A stretch of 64,000 bases of DNA from an uncultured Acidobacteriota bacterium (GTDB taxonomy: Bacteria; Acidobacteriota; Thermoanaerobaculia; Gp7-AA8), in contig CAWGHO010000001.1 of NCBI GenBank assembly GCA_963822445.1, positions 128,001 through 192,000 of the forward strand, read 5' to 3'. Both the position numbers and the translations under genes were made by a program. The notes beneath the pieces are model-generated. The model had not been told where the DNA came from. It saw only the letters and a list, made by a program, of their open reading frames with translations, and did not search any database. Below are positions 22,782-35,862 of the stretch, piece after piece (the stretch's first letter is position 1; the number at the start of each line of letters is the position of its first letter).

Positions 22782-23927
22782 TCACCGCCCGGCGAGCAGG
22801 TTACGCGCGATGACCACCCGCTGAATCTCCGACGTGCCTTCCCCGATCGTGCAGAGCTTGACGTCGCGGTAGTACTTCTCGGCCGGGAACTCCTTGATGA
22901 AGCCGTAGCCGCCGAAGATCTGCACGCCTTTCTCGGTCGCGCGAACGGCAACCTCGGACGCGTACAACTTCGCCATCGCCGAGAACTGGGTGACCTTCTC
23001 GCCGGCATCCTTCACAGCCGCGGCGCGATGGGTCAGCAGACGCGCGGCCTCGATCTCCGTGGCCATGTCCGCGAGCATGAACTGGATGGCCTGGAAGCTC
23101 GAGATCGGCTGGCCGAACGCGGTGCGCTGCTTCGAGTAATCGCGGGCCGCCTCGTACGCGCCACGGGCGATGCCGATGGCCAGCGCGGCGATGGAGATAC
23201 GCCCGCCGTCGAGGACTTTCATCGCGTCGATGAAGCCGTAACCGATCTCGCCGAGGCGATTGGCGTCGGGGACGCGGCAATCCTCCATCACCAGTTCCGC
23301 GGTGTCGGACACGCGCATCCCGAGCTTGTTCTCTTTCTTGCCCGGGCGGATGCCTTTGCGATCCATCTCGATGGCGAAGGCGGTGATGCCGTGCTTCTGA
23401 TCGTTGCGATCGGTGACCGCGAGGACGACGGAGATGTCCGCGTAAGTCGCGTTGGTGATGAAGTTCTTCGTGCCGTTGAGCACCCAGTCATCGCCATCTT
23501 TGACGGCCATCGTGTTCATGCCCGAGGCGTCGCTGCCCGAGCCGGGCTCCGTCAGGCCCCAGGCGCCGATCCATTCGCCGGACGTCAGTTTCGGGAGCCA
23601 TTTCTTCTTCTGCTCGTCGTTGCCGGCCAGGTAGATGTGGCCGGTGCCGAGGGAGTTGTGGGCGGCGACGCTGAGGGCGAAGCCGCTGTCGATCACGGCG
23701 AGCTCTTCGATGACGTTCGAGTAGTCGATGTACGACAAGCCCGCTCCGCCATACTCCTCGGAGATGGTCACGCCGAGCATCCCCAGCCCGCCGGCGCGCT
23801 TGAACGTATCTACCGGGAAATGCTGGGCTTCATCCCATTCGGCCAGGCTCGGTTTGATCTCGCTCTCGGCGAAATCGCGCACCATCTGCTGGATCTGCAA
23901 CTGCTCGTCGGTCAGACGAAAGTCCAT
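22782..23927 (-). CDS. Acyl-CoA dehydrogenase
   Basis: [27 protein letters not shown] and [10 protein letters not shown]. Confidence 0.95.
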   Translation of the reverse strand: MDFRLTDEQLQIQQMVRDFAESEIKPSLAEWDEAQHFPVDTFKRAGGLGMLGVTISEEYGGAGLSYIDYSNVIEELAVIDSGFALSVAAHNSLGTGHIYLAGNDEQKKKWLPKLTSGEWIGAWGLTEPGSGSDASGMNTMAVKDGDDWVLNGTKNFITNATYADISVVLAVTDRNDQKHGITAFAIEMDRKGIRPGKKENKLGMRVSDTAELVMEDCRVPDANRLGEIGYGFIDAMKVLDGGRISIAALAIGIARGAYEAARDYSKQRTAFGQPISSFQAIQFMLADMATEIEAARLLTHRAAAVKDAGEKVTQFSAMAKLYASEVAVRATEKGVQIFGGYGFIKEFPAEKYYRDVKLCTIGEGTSEIQRVVIARNLLAGR

Positions 23928-24078
23928 TCTCGAAGGCTCCTGAGTTTTCTCGGCGAGGGCGGCGGGTCAGGTGGAAACTGGGGCCGCGGAACAAGGCCGG
24001 GGCCGCGATTCTAGCGCATTCAACGAAACGCGCTTCGGGTGCGTATCATCGAGTTATTACGAGTGCCCCCAGGAGCCG

Positions 24079-24285
24079 ATGACCCGCTTTCTCGCCGTAG
24101 TCCTTTCCCTCGCTTTCGCCGCCCATCTCCGCGCCGGGACCGCTGATTTACGGGTCACGATGGCCGGGCCCGACCGGGTCGATCCGGGCAAGACCTTCTC
24201 CGGGAGCGTCACCGTCGAGAATGCCGGCCCGGACGCGGCGCCGAAAATTCAGGTGATCGGCTCGGCGTATCCGGAGGTTCAATGA
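24079..24285 (+). pseudogene. Truncated DUF11-type secreted protein remnant
   Basis: AGGAG RBS, signal peptide and half a domain (ADLRVT...VENAGPDAA) paralogous to the next gene; only 68 aa. Confidence 0.55.
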
Positions 24286-26216
24286 AACGTCTCCTGCTCG
24301 TACTGCTCTTCGCGACCGCGGCCGCGGCCGCCGCGCAGACAGCGGACATCGCGACCAGTATCGAAATCACATCCATGCCCACTCCGCCGCGCCCCGGCGA
24401 CATCGTCACCTGGCGAGCGACGGTCCGGAACAACGGACCCGACGCCGCGACGAGCGTCGTGTTCAGGTCGACGCTGACGTTCAACCGGACCTGCACGGAC
24501 CAGATTCTGGCCATTCTCGCGGCGGGCGAGAGCCGCACCGTCGATTGCAGCCTGCCCCTGCCGGAGGAAACGTCCGGCGTCATCGAGGTCCTCGGTGCTT
24601 CGCAGGATGTGATCGATCCCGATCTGCAGAACAACCACACCCGGTTCGGTTTCGAGCTGTCGACGCCGCCCGATCTCTTCATCAACACCTTCCCGCCCCA
24701 AGTCGTCGACGCCGGTCTGCCGTTCGAGCTCCGCGTCTTCTACGGAAATCTGGCGAAAACCACGGCCACGGGCGTGGAGATCCAGATTCAGATTCCCGGT
24801 CTCGGCTCGGTTCTGAAAATGCCGGAGAACTGCACCGCATCTGGCCAACTGATCACGTGCAGGATCGGCGATGTCGCCGGCGGCCCGAGCCGTCTGGATT
24901 TCACCCTCGTCGCGCCGGACCAGTCCGCGCAACGCCTGCAGGTCGCTGCAGCGATCTACGGCGCCGAGAGCGATCTCGAGCCCGAAACGAACTACGCCGA
25001 GCGCGCAACCACGACTTACCGCACGTTCTTCGTGACCACGACCGCTGACGACGGACATGGCTCGTTGCGCCAGGCCCTGCACGACGCGAACGCCGGCTGT
25101 CGCGATCCGAATCCGCCCTGCAAGATCGCCTTCCGCATTCTGAACGCCGGCACGAAATGGTTGACCATCCGGCCCGAGTCGCCGCTGCCCGTGGTGAACG
25201 TTCCGGTCGCCATCGACGGAGCGGTCCAGGCGGCGTACATCAGCGATTCGAATCCCGATGGACCGGAGATCGAGATCAGCGGCGAGCGCGTGCGCGAGGG
25301 CAGCGGCATTCAGTCATCGCAGGTCTGCCTGATCGTCCGCGGCCTCACCATCAACGGCTTCCCCGCCAGCGGAATCCACCTCGGCGGCGGCGGTTGCAGC
25401 GAACAGCAGATCGTCGAAGGAAACTACATCGGCACCGATCCGACAGGGATGCGTGCCATTCCGAACATGCGCGGCATCACCTCCACCGGTCCATGGGGAG
25501 GCGATCCCTCCCCGATCCGCAACAACATCATCAGCGGCAACACGCGCTCGGGCCTCTTCATCCATTCGGGTGAATTCCGCATCGAGAAGAACATCATCGG
25601 ACTGACTCGCGATCTGAAATCGGGCCTCGGCAACGGCGCGAGCGGCATCTACCTCGGACCGGAGTCGAACGGCACCGACGTCTTCGACAACTACATCGGC
25701 TTCAATCAACACTTCGGCATTTCCCTCGATCGCGGCGCCGGCTATCGATCGATTCGCGGCAACTCCTTCCAGGCGAACTGGAACCTGGCCATCGATTACG
25801 GCCTCGATGGACCGACCGCGGACGTTCCTGACTTCAGCACGTCGGATCGTCCCGTTCGCCGACCGACCATCGGCCTCGCCTTCTACGACACCGCGGTGAA
25901 CAAGACCCTCATCGTCGGCGTCACGGAAACGAATCCCGATCGGCATCAGGTCTGGGTCGATCTCTACGCGAACGACGAACCGGACGACAGCGGCTACGGC
26001 GAGGGGCAGTACTTCCTCGGCACCACCCAGGCCGATTCGGACGGTCATTTCCGTTTCGTGATCGACGGCCGCCCGCCCGGCCCGTGGATCGCCGCGACGA
26101 CGACGCGCGTGAACATCATCGGCTTCGGACGCGCGCCCGAGCCGGAAGGGATTCACGGAAGCGGCCTGGTGTCGACGACCTCGGAGTTCAGCAGAACGGT
26201 CTTCGTGGTGGAGTGA
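24282..26216 (+). CDS. Secreted DUF11 + right-handed beta-helix protein
   Basis: Two DUF11-like domains, VTTTADDGHGSLRQAL and GNYIGTDPTG/NIISGN repeats. Confidence 0.8.
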   Translation: MKRLLLVLLFATAAAAAAQTADIATSIEITSMPTPPRPGDIVTWRATVRNNGPDAATSVVFRSTLTFNRTCTDQILAILAAGESRTVDCSLPLPEETSGVIEVLGASQDVIDPDLQNNHTRFGFELSTPPDLFINTFPPQVVDAGLPFELRVFYGNLAKTTATGVEIQIQIPGLGSVLKMPENCTASGQLITCRIGDVAGGPSRLDFTLVAPDQSAQRLQVAAAIYGAESDLEPETNYAERATTTYRTFFVTTTADDGHGSLRQALHDANAGCRDPNPPCKIAFRILNAGTKWLTIRPESPLPVVNVPVAIDGAVQAAYISDSNPDGPEIEISGERVREGSGIQSSQVCLIVRGLTINGFPASGIHLGGGGCSEQQIVEGNYIGTDPTGMRAIPNMRGITSTGPWGGDPSPIRNNIISGNTRSGLFIHSGEFRIEKNIIGLTRDLKSGLGNGASGIYLGPESNGTDVFDNYIGFNQHFGISLDRGAGYRSIRGNSFQANWNLAIDYGLDGPTADVPDFSTSDRPVRRPTIGLAFYDTAVNKTLIVGVTETNPDRHQVWVDLYANDEPDDSGYGEGQYFLGTTQADSDGHFRFVIDGRPPGPWIAATTTRVNIIGFGRAPEPEGIHGSGLVSTTSEFSRTVFVVE

Positions 26217-26232
26217 GGCGTAAACTCATTTC

Positions 26233-28569
26233 ATGGCACGCTGGCCCACCGTCCTTACGCTCGTTCTCTGGGCCCTGCCGCTTTCCGCCAGTGATTCGAA
26301 GACGGCCGCCGAGGATTACGCGCGGCTGCAGAAGTGGAAGTTCTCCGACGCCGTTCCGCTGCCTGCCGCCGTGACGATTACTCGCGACACGGCATCGTGG
26401 ACGCTCGACTCCGGCACCGTCCGCCTCATGGAACCGCTTCCCGACGGCACGATCACCGGAGTCGTCTTCGAGGGATCGGGCCGCTTTCGCATGTCCGTTC
26501 CCGACCGTTACGAGGGCGCGCAGCTGAAGCGATTCACCGGCAAGCGCGAGGTCGAAGGAATCGATCAGCCGTTCACCCAGCTGATCGTGCGCACGTCCGA
26601 TCCGGCGATCGCGAAGCTCTTCCCGGCCGCGACGGGCGGATACGCGGCATTTCCGCTCGCGCAGAAGCGACACGAGTTCTGGATCGAGCAACTCCGCCGC
26701 GACACCGACGCGGCCATCATCGCGGCGATGCTCAATCCGGGCATGACCGAGCTGGCCATCGACGCGAAGACGGCGGACTTCGACTGGCTGATGTACGAGT
26801 ACGACTCGTGGCGCACCGAAGAGATTGCACTTTCGAAGTGGCGCGGAACGTATCGCGAGACCTGGATTAGTCTCGATCGGGCCGAGCATCGGCAGCCGAG
26901 CGGACGTCCGGGCCGGCCACACGATCACGCTGCGCTGCTGCACGTCGATGTGAAAGCCGATCTGACCCGCCGTGCCAGAGGCGGCGAAGTCGGATTTCAC
27001 GGCCAGCACGCCATCAACGGCGAGTATCTCGTCGACGCGACGTATGCCGCGACGAAGACTCCGCTGAACGCGCTACGCGTCGACCTCTTCGCAACGGTGC
27101 GCGACCTGAAGATCACCGACGACGACGGAACGCCGGTCGCGTTCCTGCGGGACCACATCGGCAAGCGCTCGGTGAACATCGGCAACGTCGTTCACGACGA
27201 CGAGCTGGTGATCATTCTGCCCACGCTGTTGCAGCCCGGGCAGAAACGCACGCTCCACTTTTCCTACAACTGGGAAAGCGCGAACTACGCGCCGGGCGGT
27301 CCCTGGTATCCGATGATCGCCGAAGCTCTGCCCCAGTACCACACGGCGCGGCTCGAGCTCACCGTCAACAGGAAGAACGAAGCACGGGCCATGGGCCGCC
27401 TCGAAAAACGCTTCGAGAGCGACAACAGCGAAACCACGGTCTGGGTGATCGACAAGCCGGCCAAGGTCGTCACGTTCTCGACGGCCACCCGCTTCGAGGA
27501 AGTGAAGCTCGAGGTCCAGGGCATTCCGCCGGTGATCGCGTTCGGCCCCGACTTCCAGCTCGACAACCGCGACAAGATCCGCAACGTCGGCGCCGACGTC
27601 GCCAACAGCATGCAGTTCTTCCAGAACCTCCTCGGCGATCGCCTCGAGGTCCCGCAGTTCTACGTGACCAGCATCGCCTCCGGTCACGGCCAGGCCTTCG
27701 ACGGCTTTTTGCACATGAGCGAATTCACGTTCGCCGTCGATCAGCCCGGCGCCTCGGAGCTCTTCCGCGCGCACGAAGTGGCGCACGAATGGTTCGGTCA
27801 CAAGATCGGCTGGGGCTCGTATCGCGATCAGTGGCTCAGCGAAGCGTTCGCCGAATACGCGGCGATGATGTTCGTGCAGGGCTTCGTCAAGGGCGGTGCC
27901 AGACATTTCGACGAGATCCTCCGCTCGTATCAGGGCATCCTGAAAGGCGAGCCGTTCGCCGGCGGATTCTCGAAGTTCAACCGTCCGACCCTGGCGGCGG
28001 CGAACATGGATCGCGGCGAGCGCTCGCGCATCGGGCCCATCGGTCACGGCGGCCGCGCCACGACTTCCGAGGTGCCGGGCTACCTGCTGCAGAGCTACTT
28101 CAAGGGCCCGATGGTCCTGCACATGATGCGCATGATCCTCGGCTTCAAGACCGGCAACGACGATCTCTTCATCAACATCCTTCGCGATTACGTGCAGCTC
28201 GCGAAGGGCAAGGATGCGACGACGGACGACTTCCGCCGCATCGTCGAAAAGCACGTCGGCCCGGGCTGGGAGGGCTTCTTCGACTCCTGGGTTTACGGCG
28301 CGGAAATCCCGTCGTACACCTGGAACTACGCGGTCGCGCCGGCCGAGAACGGATTCAACCTGACCATCAACGTGAACCGGCGGGAGGTGTCGCCGGCCTT
28401 CATGACCATCATCCCCGTGCGGGTCGAGTTCGACGGCGGCCGGGTCGGTTACGTGTTTCTCGTGAACAAGGACGACCAGCAGACCGTGACGCACAAAGTG
28501 CCGTCGAAGCCGAAAAACGTCGTCTTTGCACCCGATTACTCACTCCTGGCCTCGGTCCGTCGCGAGTAG
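26233..28569 (+). CDS. M1-family zinc aminopeptidase, secreted
   Basis: AHEVAHEW..WLSEAFAEY and YFKGPMVLHM. Confidence 0.88.
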   Translation: MARWPTVLTLVLWALPLSASDSKTAAEDYARLQKWKFSDAVPLPAAVTITRDTASWTLDSGTVRLMEPLPDGTITGVVFEGSGRFRMSVPDRYEGAQLKRFTGKREVEGIDQPFTQLIVRTSDPAIAKLFPAATGGYAAFPLAQKRHEFWIEQLRRDTDAAIIAAMLNPGMTELAIDAKTADFDWLMYEYDSWRTEEIALSKWRGTYRETWISLDRAEHRQPSGRPGRPHDHAALLHVDVKADLTRRARGGEVGFHGQHAINGEYLVDATYAATKTPLNALRVDLFATVRDLKITDDDGTPVAFLRDHIGKRSVNIGNVVHDDELVIILPTLLQPGQKRTLHFSYNWESANYAPGGPWYPMIAEALPQYHTARLELTVNRKNEARAMGRLEKRFESDNSETTVWVIDKPAKVVTFSTATRFEEVKLEVQGIPPVIAFGPDFQLDNRDKIRNVGADVANSMQFFQNLLGDRLEVPQFYVTSIASGHGQAFDGFLHMSEFTFAVDQPGASELFRAHEVAHEWFGHKIGWGSYRDQWLSEAFAEYAAMMFVQGFVKGGARHFDEILRSYQGILKGEPFAGGFSKFNRPTLAAANMDRGERSRIGPIGHGGRATTSEVPGYLLQSYFKGPMVLHMMRMILGFKTGNDDLFINILRDYVQLAKGKDATTDDFRRIVEKHVGPGWEGFFDSWVYGAEIPSYTWNYAVAPAENGFNLTINVNRREVSPAFMTIIPVRVEFDGGRVGYVFLVNKDDQQTVTHKVPSKPKNVVFAPDYSLLASVRRE

Positions 28570-28583
28570 AATTCGACCAAATC

Positions 28584-29135
28584 ATGAAGCCCCGGACCCT
28601 CGCACTTTTCTTCCTTCTCGCCGCGCTGTCGTTGCCGATGCTTGCTGCAAACCGAACGCAGAACGCGCCCGCGCCCAGCCCGAAGCCTTTGCCCGGATTC
28701 CGGGGTGAGTTTCAGGCGCAGCTCGCCGAGGTCGAGGAGAAGATCATTCAACTCGCGGAGGCCACTCCGGCGAGCAAGTACAGCTGGCGTCCGGCCGGCG
28801 ACATTCGCTCGATCAGCGAGGTGTACATGCACATCGCCGGCGGCAACTACTTCCTCTCGACATTCCTCGGCGCCCCCGCACCGGCGCACGTGGGCGACAT
28901 CGAGAAGAAGATCACCCGCAAGGCGGATGTGATCGCCGAGCTGAAGCGCTCATTCGATCACCTACATGCCGCCGCGGAGAACGCGACCGATCTGGACAAG
29001 CAGGTGAAGATGTTCGGCAGCACGAGGACGAGCCGCAGCGTGCTGATCACCGTCCTCAATCACCTGCACGAACATCTGGGGCAGTCGATTGCGTACGCAC
29101 GGATGAACGGGGTCGTGCCGCCGTGGTCGCATTGA
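28584..29135 (+). CDS. Secreted DinB-family protein
   Basis: Signal peptide; WRP..RSISEVYMHIA and HLHEHLGQ. Confidence 0.85.
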   Translation: MKPRTLALFFLLAALSLPMLAANRTQNAPAPSPKPLPGFRGEFQAQLAEVEEKIIQLAEATPASKYSWRPAGDIRSISEVYMHIAGGNYFLSTFLGAPAPAHVGDIEKKITRKADVIAELKRSFDHLHAAAENATDLDKQVKMFGSTRTSRSVLITVLNHLHEHLGQSIAYARMNGVVPPWSH

Positions 29136-29760
29136 TCACCGAGTCCGGAATCTCGACCTTCACCCGCCCATCGTCGATCGGCTCGCCGTACGCGAGCCGC
29201 ACCGGCACCACCCCCGCCCACAACGGCAGCGCGTAATCCTCTTCGTCGTCGACCGGGCCGCCCGTCCGAACTTTCGCCGAGGCTTCTTCGATCGGCATGG
29301 CCAGGACCATCGTCTGGCGCAGCTCTTTCTCATTCGCCGGTCGCGATTCCGACGAGCGGCCGCGCAGAACGTGCTCCACGAGTGCGTCGAGAGCGATGAG
29401 CTTCTCCTCGCGATCCGTCACTTCGCGGGCCGTACCGAAGATCATCGCCGAGCGGTAGTTCATCGAGTGATGGAACGCCGATCGGGCGATGACCAGGCCG
29501 TCGACGATCGTGACGGTCACGCACGCTTCCACGCCATTGCGAAGGGAACGGAGCATGCGGCTGGCCGCCGAGCCATGGAAGTAGAGCGTGTCGCCCTGCC
29601 GCCAGTGGATGGTGGGGATGACCACCGGCGCGCCGTCGACGACGAATCCGGCGTGACAGATCAGGGCTTCGTCGAGGATGGCGTAGACCATGTCGCGGTC
29701 GTAGACGCCGCGGGTGGCCAGACGCTTGACGGTGGTGCGCTCGGTTTGCAGTGTGCTCAT
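29056..29760 (-). CDS. Pyridoxamine 5'-phosphate oxidase-like flavin-binding protein
   Basis: LYFHGS, RSAFHHSMNYRS and SAKVRTGGP. Confidence 0.9.
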   Translation of the reverse strand: MSTLQTERTTVKRLATRGVYDRDMVYAILDEALICHAGFVVDGAPVVIPTIHWRQGDTLYFHGSAASRMLRSLRNGVEACVTVTIVDGLVIARSAFHHSMNYRSAMIFGTAREVTDREEKLIALDALVEHVLRGRSSESRPANEKELRQTMVLAMPIEEASAKVRTGGPVDDEEDYALPLWAGVVPVRLAYGEPIDDGRVKVEIPDSVINATTAARPRSSVRTQSTAPDVRAGD

Positions 29761-29783
29761 TGTTCTCGTACAATCTTTCTCGT

Positions 29784-31091
29784 ATGCTAGTACAAAAGTA
29801 CATCAGCGGAACGACTACCGTCAACATCGCCGGATCGGTCGAACAGGCTGTGTCGTCAGGAAAAATGGCGGCGGGCACGCAGTTGCCACCGGTCCGCACG
29901 CTGGCCACGCAGCTCCGGGTGAGTCCGGCCACCGTCGCCGCCGCGTACCGGCTGCTGCAGGACCGGGGTGTCGTGGTCGCCGATGGACGCCGCGGCACAC
30001 GCGTGCGTCCAGCCTCGCCGATCGCGATGCCGGCGGAGGCTCGGGTGCCCGCGGGGGTGCGCGATCTGGCTGGAGGAAATCCCGATCCTCGCCTGCTCCC
30101 CGATCTCGCCGCGGCCATGAAGCGGATGACGCTCGAACAGCGCGTCTACGGCGAGGATCTCAACGATCCGGCGCTGCTCGAGCTCGCGCGCGAGTCGTTC
30201 GCCGCTGATTCCGTACCCGCGGCGCATCTCTCCATCGTCAGCGGCGCGCTCGACGGCATCGAGCGCGTTCTGCGCGAGCATCTGCGCGCCGGCGATCGCG
30301 TGATCGTCGAAGACCCCTGCTTCACGGGCGTGCTCGATCTCCTGAATGCGCTGGCACTCGTCGCCGTGCCCGTCCCTGTCGACGATGATGGGCTCGAACC
30401 TGCCGAGTTGCGCCGGGCGATGCGGTCCTGCTCGGCGATGATCATCACGCCCCGCGCGCAGAATCCAACCGGTGCCGCGCACTCCGCGCGTCGCGCCCGG
30501 GAGCTTCACGCGATCCTCGCCACCCGTCCCGACCTGCTGCTCATCGAAGACGACCACGCCGGCCCTGTTGCCGGCGCGGACTATCGAACGCTGGTCGACG
30601 AATCACGCGAGCGCTGGGCCGTCGTACGCTCCGTCTCGAAATCTCTCGGACCGGACCTCCGCCTGGCCATGCTCGCCTCGGACGCGAGAACACACGCCCG
30701 CGTCGAAGGGCGGCAGACCCTCGGCATCCGCTGGGTCAGCCACATCCTCCAGCGCCTGGTCGTGGCTTTGTGGCGCGATCGCGCGCCGGCTCGTGCAAAT
30801 CGCGCCTACACCGAACGTCGTGACGCGCTGCTTCGGGAATTGCGCCAGCGCGGAATCGACGCGCACGGCACGTCGGGACTGAATGTCTGGATTCCTATCG
30901 CCGAGGAGAGCGCGACGGTGCAGGCGCTTCTGCAGCGAGGCTGGGCGGTCAATGCCGGCGAGCGGTATCGCGTGAAGAGCGGGCCGGCCATTCGCGTGAC
31001 CGTCGCCGAGCTGGAACCGAAGGATGCAGCACAATTCGCGGCGGATCTGCGCGCGGTGATCTCACCGGCGCGACGCGGGAGCAAAGCGTAG
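29784..31091 (+). CDS. MocR/GntR-family PLP-dependent transcriptional regulator
   Basis: wHTH LPPVRTLA..TVAAAY, plus AQNPTG, IEDDH and RSVSK. Confidence 0.9.
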   Translation: MLVQKYISGTTTVNIAGSVEQAVSSGKMAAGTQLPPVRTLATQLRVSPATVAAAYRLLQDRGVVVADGRRGTRVRPASPIAMPAEARVPAGVRDLAGGNPDPRLLPDLAAAMKRMTLEQRVYGEDLNDPALLELARESFAADSVPAAHLSIVSGALDGIERVLREHLRAGDRVIVEDPCFTGVLDLLNALALVAVPVPVDDDGLEPAELRRAMRSCSAMIITPRAQNPTGAAHSARRARELHAILATRPDLLLIEDDHAGPVAGADYRTLVDESRERWAVVRSVSKSLGPDLRLAMLASDARTHARVEGRQTLGIRWVSHILQRLVVALWRDRAPARANRAYTERRDALLRELRQRGIDAHGTSGLNVWIPIAEESATVQALLQRGWAVNAGERYRVKSGPAIRVTVAELEPKDAAQFAADLRAVISPARRGSKA

Positions 31092-31093
31092 CG

Positions 31094-31696
31094 ATGTCAT
31101 TCACCAACCTCCTTTTCTTCGCGGCGATGGAGCTCGTCCTCTGTCTCACCCCCGGCCCCGCCGTGCTGCTGGTCGTTTCGCAGGCGATGAAGCGAGGGTT
31201 CCGTCCATCGCTCCGCGGCGCGCTGGGCATCCTCACTGCGAACGCAATCTACTTCGCGCTCTCCGCGGCAGGCCTCGGCGCACTGCTCATGGCATCGCGC
31301 ACGGTCTTCGAGATCATCAAGTGGATCGGCGCCGGCTATCTCGTTTTCATGGGCCTGCGCATGATCGTCAGCAAGTCCGTGGAGCAGGAACCGGAGCAGA
31401 TCGCGCGCGACGACAGCTTCCGTCAGGCGCTCTTCGTCCAGCTCGCGAATCCGAAGGCGGTGGTCTTCTTCACCGCCCTTCTTCCCCAGTTCATCGACGC
31501 GCACGGCCCCGTGACCCTGCAGTTCTTCACCCTCGGCGTGATCTCCACGGTCATCGAGTTTCCGGTGCTGGCCATGTACGCCTTCGCCGCGGATCGCGGG
31601 CGCGCCGTCTACGCGCGGCACACGCGCTGGATCGAGAGGATTGCCGGAGGTTGCCTGGTCGCGGCCGGGTTGAAACTGGCCGCGACCAGACAGTGA
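31094..31696 (+). CDS. LysE/RhtB-family exporter
   Basis: LTPGP, GAGYL and NPKAVVFF. Confidence 0.92.
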   Translation: MSFTNLLFFAAMELVLCLTPGPAVLLVVSQAMKRGFRPSLRGALGILTANAIYFALSAAGLGALLMASRTVFEIIKWIGAGYLVFMGLRMIVSKSVEQEPEQIARDDSFRQALFVQLANPKAVVFFTALLPQFIDAHGPVTLQFFTLGVISTVIEFPVLAMYAFAADRGRAVYARHTRWIERIAGGCLVAAGLKLAATRQ

Positions 31697-31706
31697 GAGT
31701 GAGCCG

Positions 31707-33611
31707 TTACTGCACGTTCAGCGCGGTGTCATCCACGACGAACGAGGTCTGCAGCGAGCTGTCCTCGGTCGCATAGAAGCGAACGCGGACGCTGAGACCG
31801 CGGTACGCGGAGAGATCGAACGACTTCTGCACGTAGGTCGTGTTTTCGTTCAGGTTCGAGTACGTGGCGAGCGTCGTGTAGGTCGAGCCGCCGTTCGTGC
31901 TGATCTGCACGTTCAGCTTGTCGTAGGCGATGCTGGTGGTCGTCTCGGCGGAATCGATCCGCACCCAGAACGAGAGCGTGGCGGTGGTGGCCGTCGAGGG
32001 GATGGTCACCGTCTGGTAGACGTAATCGGTGTGGGTCGTGGCGTAGCCGCAGAGCCACGCCTTCCATGAACCGGTGCGCGCCGGACGGCCGGTCGAGCTG
32101 TCGATGACGCCCGAGGTCTGCGTCCAGCTCACCGCGCCGGACTCGAAGCCGGGATTCGCGAGAAGCTGCGACGGGGTGCCGCCGCAACCGGTGACGGTGA
32201 ACGAGCCCGAGCTGGTGGCCGTGCCGCCCGCGGTGACGACCGAGATCGCGCCGGTCGACGAGCAGTTCGGAACGGAAGCGCTGATCTGCGAGGAGCTGAT
32301 GACGCTGAAGCTCGCCGACTGGCCGTTGAAGCGGACCGCGGACGCGCCGGTGAAGTTCGCGCCGTTGATGGTGACGGTCGTGCCGACGCCGCCCGAGGTC
32401 GGGCTGAAGCTGGAGATGCTCGGCGCGGGCGTGCCGCCGCCGCCACCGATGAAGCCGGTGTAGAGCAGGCGATTCGGCGAGCCGGTGCCGGCGCTGGTGA
32501 TCTTGTTCAGCGAGGAGTTGTCGCGAATCGCCGCCCAGACCGTGGACGGCGAGGCGCTGGTGTTGGTCGACAGATAAAGCGCGCAGGCGCCGGCGACGTG
32601 CGGGGTGGCCATCGACGTACCGCTGATCGTGTTCGTCGCGGTGGTGCTGGTGTACCAGGCCGAGGTGATCGACGAGCCGGGCGCGAAGATGTCGGTGCAC
32701 GAGCCGTAGTTCGAGAACGAGGAGCGCGCGTCGCTGGAGGTCGAGGAGTTGACGGTGATGCCCTCGGCCACACGCGCCGGTGAGGAGCTGCACGCGTCGA
32801 CGTTGCTGTTGCCGGAGGCGAGGGCGTACGTCACGCCATCGGCGATGGAGCGGCGAACCGCGTCGTCGAGGGCGGTCGATGCGCCGCCGCCGAGGGACAT
32901 GTTCGCGACGGCCGGCTGCCCGGCGGCGTGATCGGCCGTGACCCAGTCGATGCCGGCGATGACGCCGGCGTCCGTGCCGCTGCCCTGGCAGTTGAGAACG
33001 CGCACGGCGACGAGCGTGACGCCTTTCGCGACGCCGTACGTCGAACCGCCGACCGTGCCGGCGACGTGCGTGCCGTGGCCGTTGCAGTCCGCGGCCGGCA
33101 GCGAGCCGTCGACGGCGTCATAGCCGTTGATGGCCCGGCCACCGAACTGCGTATGCGAGGTCAGGATGCCGGTGTCGATGATGTACGCCTTCACGCCGGC
33201 GCCGGTAGCGTTGTAGACGTAGGTCTGGTTCAGGGGACGGTCGCGCTGATCGATGCGATCGAGTCCCCAGGTCGCGCCGGTCTGGGTGGCGTCGATCGAG
33301 ACTTCGCCATCCTGTTCGACATACGCAACGCGCGGATCGCGGGCGATGGCTTCCGCCGCCCGCTCGGACATGTTCGCGGAGAAGCCGCGGATGGTGTTGC
33401 GGTAGACGTGGTTCTTGCGTCCGCGATGCAGGTTGACCAGGTCGTCGGCGGCGTTATCGACGTCATCGACACCACGGTCTTCGAAGACGACGATCCAGGA
33501 ATCGTGGACGGGCCTGCCTTTCCCTTTGATGACTTTGCCCTCTTTCGGGCCGGCAGCGAGAACGGGAAGAGCGACGAGGATCGCGAAGAGAGAGAGAACA
33601 GCACGCTTCAT
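31707..33611 (-). CDS. Secreted S8 serine protease (aqualysin/proteinase K-like) with I9 prodomain, IPT/TIG and C-terminal beta-sandwich
   Basis: IIDTG, GHGTHVAG and SGTSMATPHVAG. Confidence 0.95.
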   Translation of the reverse strand: MKRAVLSLFAILVALPVLAAGPKEGKVIKGKGRPVHDSWIVVFEDRGVDDVDNAADDLVNLHRGRKNHVYRNTIRGFSANMSERAAEAIARDPRVAYVEQDGEVSIDATQTGATWGLDRIDQRDRPLNQTYVYNATGAGVKAYIIDTGILTSHTQFGGRAINGYDAVDGSLPAADCNGHGTHVAGTVGGSTYGVAKGVTLVAVRVLNCQGSGTDAGVIAGIDWVTADHAAGQPAVANMSLGGGASTALDDAVRRSIADGVTYALASGNSNVDACSSSPARVAEGITVNSSTSSDARSSFSNYGSCTDIFAPGSSITSAWYTSTTATNTISGTSMATPHVAGACALYLSTNTSASPSTVWAAIRDNSSLNKITSAGTGSPNRLLYTGFIGGGGGTPAPSISSFSPTSGGVGTTVTINGANFTGASAVRFNGQSASFSVISSSQISASVPNCSSTGAISVVTAGGTATSSGSFTVTGCGGTPSQLLANPGFESGAVSWTQTSGVIDSSTGRPARTGSWKAWLCGYATTHTDYVYQTVTIPSTATTATLSFWVRIDSAETTTSIAYDKLNVQISTNGGSTYTTLATYSNLNENTTYVQKSFDLSAYRGLSVRVRFYATEDSSLQTSFVVDDTALNVQ

Positions 33612-33799
33612 TCGTTGAACCCCTTTCAAAGTTGTGCTTGGCGGGGTCCACGGATAGCGAAGGGCCGGCCAGATTTCTTGCCCGCACTAAATCGCTGAAA
33701 AGTAACAGACTTGTGAACGAGGGGGTTTTGCGGGCGGGTCAGCGATTGCGCCAAGAGGACCCAAACGTGGGGTCAGAATTTAGCTACTGGGGTCGACGA

Positions 33800-35816
<2,017 letters not shown>

Positions 35817-35862
35817 TCGCACCTTTGTGAACAGGAGAAGACGGGCGGGGATTCTATGACAG

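Noticed and set aside
29056-29135. 80-bp convergent overlap between the DinB and PNPOx-like genes
   Set aside because: Probably a chance C-terminal extension in GC-rich DNA; no further evidence of function.
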